From Escherichia phage ECp13, in sequence record PP274704.1: a DNA stretch of 64,000 nucleotides, one strand, 5' to 3'. The translations under genes and the position numbers were made by a program. The notes under the pieces were generated by a model that was not told the DNA's origin, did not search any database, and saw only the letters and a list, made by a program, of their open reading frames with translations. Shown piece after piece: positions 59,216 through 64,000 of this stretch. Numbering within the stretch: the first letter of the stretch is position 1; every line of letters starts with the position of its first letter.

Positions 59216-59244
59216 TTTACAAGCTGACAAGACTATGGTATAGT
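59215..59244 (+). promoter_or_regulatory. early promoter with inverted repeat around -10
   Basis: -35 GTTTACA overlapping gene 41 stop; 9-bp inverted repeat ACAAGACTA/TAGTCTTGT brackets the -10. Confidence 0.55.
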
Positions 59245-59273
59245 AGTCTTGTTGGTTAAATGAGGAGATTGTT

Positions 59274-59456
59274 ATGGAATTGGTAAAGGTAGTTTTTATG
59301 GGGTGGTTTAAGAACGAAAGCATATTTGCTAAAGAAATCACAATGATGAAAGATGACGTTCAATGGGCTACTACTCAATATGCTGAAGTTAATAAAGCGC
59401 TAGTTAAAGCTTTCATTGATGACAAGAAAGTATGTGAAGTGGATTGCCGAGGATAA
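59274..59456 (+). CDS. dmd: antitoxin Dmd (inhibitor of RnlA/LsoA toxins)
   Basis: 60 aa; MELVKVVFMGWFKNES... matches recalled T4 Dmd. Confidence 0.8.
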   Translation: MELVKVVFMGWFKNESIFAKEITMMKDDVQWATTQYAEVNKALVKAFIDDKKVCEVDCRG

Positions 59457-59457
59457 T

Positions 59458-59715
59458 ATGCATATTGTTTTATTTAAACCTACTCCGTATAATGTCAGGA
59501 AAAATACTCAATTCAAAGCACTTATTGCAGATACGTGGGAATTAGTATTAGATATTCCAGCAGAAGAAAGTCCTCCATTTGGTCGAGTGGAATTTATTAA
59601 GTTTGCTGTGCGCCCTACGAAGCGACAGATTCGTCAATGCAAAAGATACTTTCGTAAAATCGTCAAGTTAGAGAAACAGTTTGTAACATGTGATTATACA
59701 GAAGTTTTAAAATAA
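59458..59715 (+). CDS. hypothetical protein (61.4-like)
   Basis: 85 aa from ATG at 59458 after RBS GAGGA. Confidence 0.5.
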   Translation: MHIVLFKPTPYNVRKNTQFKALIADTWELVLDIPAEESPPFGRVEFIKFAVRPTKRQIRQCKRYFRKIVKLEKQFVTCDYTEVLK

Positions 59716-59717
59716 TT

Positions 59718-59747
59718 GTTTACTTTTATTGGAAATTGAGATACTAT
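59718..59747 (+). promoter_or_regulatory. early promoter
   Basis: -35 GTTTACT, 17 bp, -10 TACTAT. Confidence 0.6.
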
Positions 59748-59773
59748 AAACATAAACTACTGAGGAGATTATC

Positions 59774-60067
59774 ATGAAAAAATTTATCTTTGCTGCAATT
59801 TTTGCTTTATCTTCTTGCGCTGCTCAGCCTGCTATGGCGGGTTATGACAAAGATTTGTGTGAATGGTCTATGACTGCAGATCAGACTGAAGTTGAAACTC
59901 AAATTGAAGCGGATATTATGAATATCGTTGAGCGTGATCATCCTGAAATGAAAGCTGAAGTGCAAAAACAACTTAAGTCTGGTGGTGTAATGCAGTATAA
60001 TTACGTTCTGTATTGCGATAAAAACTTTAATAATAAAAATATCATCGCTGAAGTGGTAGGTGAGTAA
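59774..60067 (+). CDS. sp: periplasmic spackle protein Sp
   Basis: 97 aa with signal peptide; matches recalled T4 Sp. Confidence 0.75.
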   Translation: MKKFIFAAIFALSSCAAQPAMAGYDKDLCEWSMTADQTEVETQIEADIMNIVERDHPEMKAEVQKQLKSGGVMQYNYVLYCDKNFNNKNIIAEVVGE

Positions 60068-60079
60068 TTAGAGGTTAGT

Positions 60080-60436
60080 ATGTACAGTTCTGAATTTTCA
60101 TATTTAAAAATGGAAAAAATTTCATACGATTTCATAGATGAAAAGATTTATTACAGCTTCCATGAACCGCGTTTTAATAGTGAGGTTGGGTTTATTGTAG
60201 TAAAAGACAATTTCATTTTAAAGATATATTCGGCATTAAAGGATTTTCATTACGAAAATATTAACCTAAAATTTGATAAAGAAAACGTTCGTAATTGTGC
60301 AGTAACAATTACAGGAAATAAAGGTACATGTGTTATGCTATCTGATGAAATTAATGATTTGTTAAATGATGTAGAAAAGGTTGCTATTCCATCTATTGAT
60401 GACCAAATTTTTAATGCTTTTATGAATAGAGGTTAA
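60080..60436 (+). CDS. hypothetical protein (61.2-like)
   Basis: 118 aa; RBS GAGG. Confidence 0.5.
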   Translation: MYSSEFSYLKMEKISYDFIDEKIYYSFHEPRFNSEVGFIVVKDNFILKIYSALKDFHYENINLKFDKENVRNCAVTITGNKGTCVMLSDEINDLLNDVEKVAIPSIDDQIFNAFMNRG

Positions 60437-60437
60437 T

Positions 60438-60602
60438 ATGAAAACATATAAAGAATTTATTAAAGAAGATATGGTAGCTGGAGATTCAGGTGGTAATCCT
60501 GAAAATATCTCCACTGGAACAACGTCAGGTGCTGTAGTAAATAAAGGTCCTGAACAGATTCCTAAAAAGAAAAAAGAGGAATCTAAAGAAAAAGAAGAGT
60601 AA
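60438..60602 (+). CDS. small peptide with capsid-targeting-like N-terminus
   Basis: 54 aa hand-translated; MKTYKEFIKEDMVAG... then Gly/Ser-rich and KKKKEESKEKEE tail. Confidence 0.45.
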   Translation: MKTYKEFIKEDMVAGDSGGNPENISTGTTSGAVVNKGPEQIPKKKKEESKEKEE

Positions 60603-60604
60603 AA

Positions 60605-61633
60605 ATGTCATCAATACCTTGGATTGATAATGAGTTTGCATACCGTGCATTAGCTCATTTACCTAAATTCACACAAGTAAATAATAGTTCAACTTTTAAA
60701 TTGCGGTTTAGATGCCCTGTTTGTGGAGATTCAAAAACCGACCAAAATAAAGCCCGTGGATGGTATTATGGTGATAATAATGAAGGAAATATTCATTGTT
60801 ATAACTGCAACTATCATGCACCAATCGGAATATATTTAAAGGAGTTTGAACCTGATTTATATCGTGAGTATATCTTTGAAATAAGAAAAGAAAAAGGTAA
60901 AAGTCGTCCAGTAGAAAAACCTAAAGAACTTCCTAAACAACCTGAGAAGAAAATAATTAAATCTCTTCCGTCATGCATTAGATTAGATAAACTGGCGGAA
61001 GACCATCCAATTATAAAATATGTAAAAGCTCGTTGTATTCCAAAGAATAAATGGAAATATCTTTGGTTTACAACCGAATGGCCTAAATTAGTTAATAGTA
61101 TAGCGCCAGGAACATATAAAAAGGAAATACCTGAGCCTCGTCTTGTTATTCCAATTTATAATGCTAACGGAAAAGCTGAGTCTTTTCAAGGACGTGCATT
61201 AAAGAAAGATGCTCCTCAAAAATATATCACCATCAAAGCTTATCCTGAGGCAACAAAAATTTATGGAGTTGAACGGGTTAAAGATGGTGATGTATATGTT
61301 CTAGAAGGACCTATAGATTCACTTTTTATTGAAAATGGTATAGCTATTACGGGCGGTCAATTAGACCTAGAAATTGTTCCATTTAAAGATAGACGTGTAT
61401 GGGTTTTAGATAATGAACCTCGTCATCCTGACACTATTAAACGAATGACTAAATTGGTCGATGCAGGAGAAAGGGTTATGTTTTGGGACAAATCTCCCTG
61501 GAAATCAAAAGATGTTAATGATATGATTAGAAAGGAAGGTGCAACCCCTAAACAAATTATGGAATATATGAAAAATAATATTGCCCAAGGGTTGATGGCT
61601 AAAATGCGGCTATCTAAATATGCTAAGATTTAA
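60605..61633 (+). CDS. 61: DNA primase gp61
   Basis: 342 aa; zinc ribbon CPVCGDS...CYNCNYH; matches T4 gp61. Confidence 0.92.
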   Translation: MSSIPWIDNEFAYRALAHLPKFTQVNNSSTFKLRFRCPVCGDSKTDQNKARGWYYGDNNEGNIHCYNCNYHAPIGIYLKEFEPDLYREYIFEIRKEKGKSRPVEKPKELPKQPEKKIIKSLPSCIRLDKLAEDHPIIKYVKARCIPKNKWKYLWFTTEWPKLVNSIAPGTYKKEIPEPRLVIPIYNANGKAESFQGRALKKDAPQKYITIKAYPEATKIYGVERVKDGDVYVLEGPIDSLFIENGIAITGGQLDLEIVPFKDRRVWVLDNEPRHPDTIKRMTKLVDAGERVMFWDKSPWKSKDVNDMIRKEGATPKQIMEYMKNNIAQGLMAKMRLSKYAKI

Positions 61634-61830
61634 ATTAACCCAACTAAAGCAAATGCTAAATCTACGAATGTATCAAGAGTAATTACTGGAATATTAACGC
61701 CATGAGCAATAGCAATTGGCGATAAAACAAAATTCCAGAGTAAAATTCCTACCATAGCAGAAATAGTAAAAGCTATACGTTTTTTATTACCTTTTATGGC
61801 ATTAACAAGTGCCATTAATTTTTGTACCAT
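61630..61830 (-). CDS. small membrane protein encoded antisense between 61 and 56
   Basis: 66 aa, two hydrophobic helices; strong SD AAGGAGG just upstream of the ATG on the minus strand. Confidence 0.4.
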   Translation of the reverse strand: MVQKLMALVNAIKGNKKRIAFTISAMVGILLWNFVLSPIAIAHGVNIPVITLDTFVDLAFALVGLI

Positions 61831-61901
61831 ATGTCCTCCTTATTGCTTTATATATTTATTGTATAATTAATCTACTAACCCATGAATTGAAAGGAAAAAT
61901 A

Positions 61902-62419
61902 ATGGCTTACTTTAATGAATGTAGTCAACTGATTGAAGGCGCTGATAAAGCTCAAAATGAATACTGGGATATTCTCGGCGATGAAAAAGACCCGCTGCAG
62001 GTTATGCTTGATATGCAGAAATCTCTGCAGGTTCGTTTAGCTAAAGATAAACCTGAATATAACCGTCATCCTGATGATTTGGCTACTGCAGGTGAAGTTG
62101 TTGATTGGCTGCGTAATCAGAAAGATTATATTGATGATGAATTCCGCGAACTTCTGACTTCTCTTGGTGGTATGAGCAATGGCGAAAAAGATGCATCTGC
62201 TGTATGGAAGCTTGGAAGTCGCAACACGGTGAACGTCGTGAAACTCTGATTACTGACTTATCTCCACAAGACCAGTTGGAAATTAAATTCGAAATGATTG
62301 ATATTCTTCATTTCGTTCTGAACATGTTCCAAGGTCTCGGTCTTACGGCTGAAGAAATCTTTAAACTTTATTATCTGAAAAATGCTGAAAACTTCGCTCG
62401 TCAAGACCGAGGTTATTAA
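61902..62419 (+). pseudogene. 56: dCTPase gene 56 disrupted by a frameshift (two overlapping ORFs)
   Basis: N-part from ATG 61902 stops at 62249; C-part (..SPQDQLEIKFEMIDILHF..RQDRGY) is in another frame to 62419; removing 8 bp at 62211-62218 gives about 169 aa. Confidence 0.7.
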
Positions 62420-62453
62420 TATAAACGACGGCTTAAAAGCTGTGAGAATTTAT

Positions 62454-62461
62454 TATAAATA
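62454..62461 (+). promoter_or_regulatory. late promoter TATAAATA for soc
   Basis: Exact TATAAATA about 30 bp upstream of soc. Confidence 0.6.
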
Positions 62462-62491
62462 GTCATGTAATTTAAATAAAAGGAGAATTAC

Positions 62492-62737
62492 ATGGCTAGT
62501 ACTCGCGGTTATGTTAATATTAAAACATTTGAGCAGAAATTAGATGGAAATAAGAAAATTGAAGGAAAGGAAATTTCTGTAGCTTTCCCTCTTTATTCTG
62601 ACGTTCACAAAATTTCTGGTGCTCATTACCAGACATTCCCTTCAGAAAAAGCAGCATATACTACTGTATACGAAGAAAATCAACGTGATGCATGGATTGC
62701 TGCAAACGAAGATCTGTGGAAAGTAACTGGTGGTTAA
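62492..62737 (+). CDS. soc: small outer capsid protein Soc
   Basis: 81 aa; MASTRGYVNIKTFEQKLDGNKKIEGKEISVAFPLY... matches recalled T4 Soc. Confidence 0.9.
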   Translation: MASTRGYVNIKTFEQKLDGNKKIEGKEISVAFPLYSDVHKISGAHYQTFPSEKAAYTTVYEENQRDAWIAANEDLWKVTGG

Positions 62738-62746
62738 TAAATTCAA

Positions 62747-62771
62747 GGACTCCTTCGGGAGTCCTTTTTTC
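62747..62771 (+). terminator. intrinsic terminator
   Basis: GGACTCC-TTCG-GGAGTCC followed by TTTTTT. Confidence 0.7.
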
Positions 62772-62780
62772 ATTTTACCG

Positions 62781-62810
62781 GTTTACTTTCCAAAACAAGT
62801 ATGGTATAAT
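62781..62810 (+). promoter_or_regulatory. early promoter
   Basis: -35 GTTTACT, 17 bp, -10 TATAAT. Confidence 0.6.
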
Positions 62811-62836
62811 AAAATTATCTTATAGAGGAGAGCACT

Positions 62837-63049
62837 ATGTTAAATCGTTGGATTAAACCAAATGAAGACCTCCAGAAGGTTCTTGATAAAGCTATCTCTG
62901 ATAAATGGGGTATGAAAAGCTGGGATTGTGATATCGTCACGCATTCATTCATGATGCATGCAGATGGTTCAGTCGAGTTCAATGCTGAAATGCGATACAC
63001 TGACTGGGGTGGATTTCAAAGAGTCGAATTTCAAAGAGGCTTTTTGTAA
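62837..63049 (+). CDS. hypothetical protein
   Basis: 70 aa; RBS GAGGAGAG. Confidence 0.5.
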   Translation: MLNRWIKPNEDLQKVLDKAISDKWGMKSWDCDIVTHSFMMHADGSVEFNAEMRYTDWGGFQRVEFQRGFL

Positions 63050-63169
63050 TGTTTATCTTTAATTGGTTTAAAAGTTTCTTTACGGATTTTTTTCTCTACA
63101 ACTCCCGGAGAAGGTGTAGTTCCTATTTCAAATGACTACCTTCCTTTAACTGTAGTTGAATATGTTTAT

Positions 63170-63388
63170 ATGGGAGATGGAACAGTAGAAGCGGTTACTA
63201 TGACTTATGAAGAAGCCCAGGAATATTATAAAAATCCTTGGCGCTGGTCAACACCTACATCATCTAATGCGCAGAATACACAGTCTAGTTCTGATTCATA
63301 TGACACTAATGTTCCTGTTCATGTATGGACGGGCGATTCATGTGGAAGTTCTTGTGATTCTAGTTGTTCATCTACATCTTGTGATTGA
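63170..63388 (+). CDS. hypothetical Ser/Cys-rich small protein
   Basis: 72 aa; C-terminal [15 protein letters not shown]. Confidence 0.45.
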   Translation: MGDGTVEAVTMTYEEAQEYYKNPWRWSTPTSSNAQNTQSSSDSYDTNVPVHVWTGDSCGSSCDSSCSSTSCD

Positions 63389-63396
63389 GGAAAATT

Positions 63397-63882
63397 ATGG
63401 AAGCGATTTTGTTTGAAATGTATATTAGCAGTAATAGTTTGTCGTTTGCTAAAGACGTTCCAATTACCGTAGCAGTAATGATTGATAAGGGTTATTGTGA
63501 CCCAATGTATCTTGTAGAAAATTTCGTTTCAATGCCAGTTCCAGAAGATGCTGAAATAAAACTTAAAAAGATTGGTATTATTGAAACTGTACCAAATATT
63601 CCATTTAGAGCAATTGAAGCATTTACTAAATCAGAATACATTAATGTTAGCGCAGAACAATATAATGATAATCCTTTATCTTTCTATTCGTATGATTCAG
63701 TATATAGTTGGAAAATAGATAAAGGAAATAAATTTATAATTGCGAGTGAAGATGCTTTATCATACTTTATTTCTTCTGTATGGAATAGTTTACATCCAAA
63801 TTTGCTAAAAATTCATGAATTTGATGATGCTCCTACTGTTATTTTAGGTAAAACAAATGAAAGTTCTGAAGAAGATGCTTGA
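63397..63882 (+). CDS. mrh: Mrh-like protein
   Basis: 161 aa from ATG at 63397; position downstream of soc as in T4. Confidence 0.6.
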   Translation: MEAILFEMYISSNSLSFAKDVPITVAVMIDKGYCDPMYLVENFVSMPVPEDAEIKLKKIGIIETVPNIPFRAIEAFTKSEYINVSAEQYNDNPLSFYSYDSVYSWKIDKGNKFIIASEDALSYFISSVWNSLHPNLLKIHEFDDAPTVILGKTNESSEEDA

Positions 63883-64000
63883 ATGGTTCAATAGACCAAA
63901 CTCAATGTATATTGACGATGGTTGGGTTGAACAAGCAAATAAAGAAATGCAGAACGAATCGGAAGAATGGATGAAATCAATGATTAGTGCTGAGAAAGAA
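63875..64000 (+). CDS. hypothetical protein, N-terminal part (runs off window)
   Basis: ATG at 63875 overlapping mrh stop; open to the window end. Confidence 0.35.
   Translation, partial: MLEWFNRPNSMYIDDGWVEQANKEMQNESEEWMKSMISAEKE

Noticed and set aside
62199-62225. Programmed ribosomal frameshift site in gene 56
   Set aside because: No slippery heptamer or downstream pseudoknot is evident; a mutational or sequencing frameshift is the simpler reading, though not excluded.

Overview
The window is a contiguous segment of a T4-like (T-even) myovirus genome, reverse-complemented relative to the usual T4 map. Identification rests on reading the ORF translations and recalling T4 protein sequences and lengths; no database search was possible. 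Gene order on the + strand is 4, 2, 3, 1, 57A, 57B, an internal-protein/tRNA region, nudE, e, denV, regB, tk, rI, nrdC, 49, nrdD, nrdG, nrdH, 55, a-gt, 47, 46, rpbA, 45, 44, 62, regA, 43, imm, 42, a glycosyltransferase, uvsX, 40, 41, dmd, sp, 61, 56, soc, mrh. Baseplate genes 7, 6, 5.4, 5.1, 5 and 53 lie on the - strand at the left end. It is not T4 itself: the lysozyme is near-identical to my recollection of T4, but denV is clearly diverged, no T4-type beta-gt is present, nrdD is intronless, and no homing-endonuclease genes were recognised. Early promoters (GTTTAC(A/T), 17-bp spacer, TAnnAT), late promoters (TATAAATA) and MotA-box middle promoters are visible throughout, with many GC-hairpin terminators. 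The most notable observations are: apparent frameshift disruptions of gene 56 (dCTPase) and 57B (Acb1-like); a non-T4 glycosyltransferase at the beta-gt locus; four genes carrying an internal-protein capsid-targeting N-terminus, two of them flanked by direct repeats; several tandem paralog arrays in the accessory islands; a nucleotidyltransferase plus P-loop ATPase pair; a macro-domain protein; and a GrcA-like glycyl-radical protein with host-like codon usage. No single novel system could be demonstrated from sequence alone; the accessory islands between 57B and nudE, denV and tk, and rI and nrdC are the best candidates.
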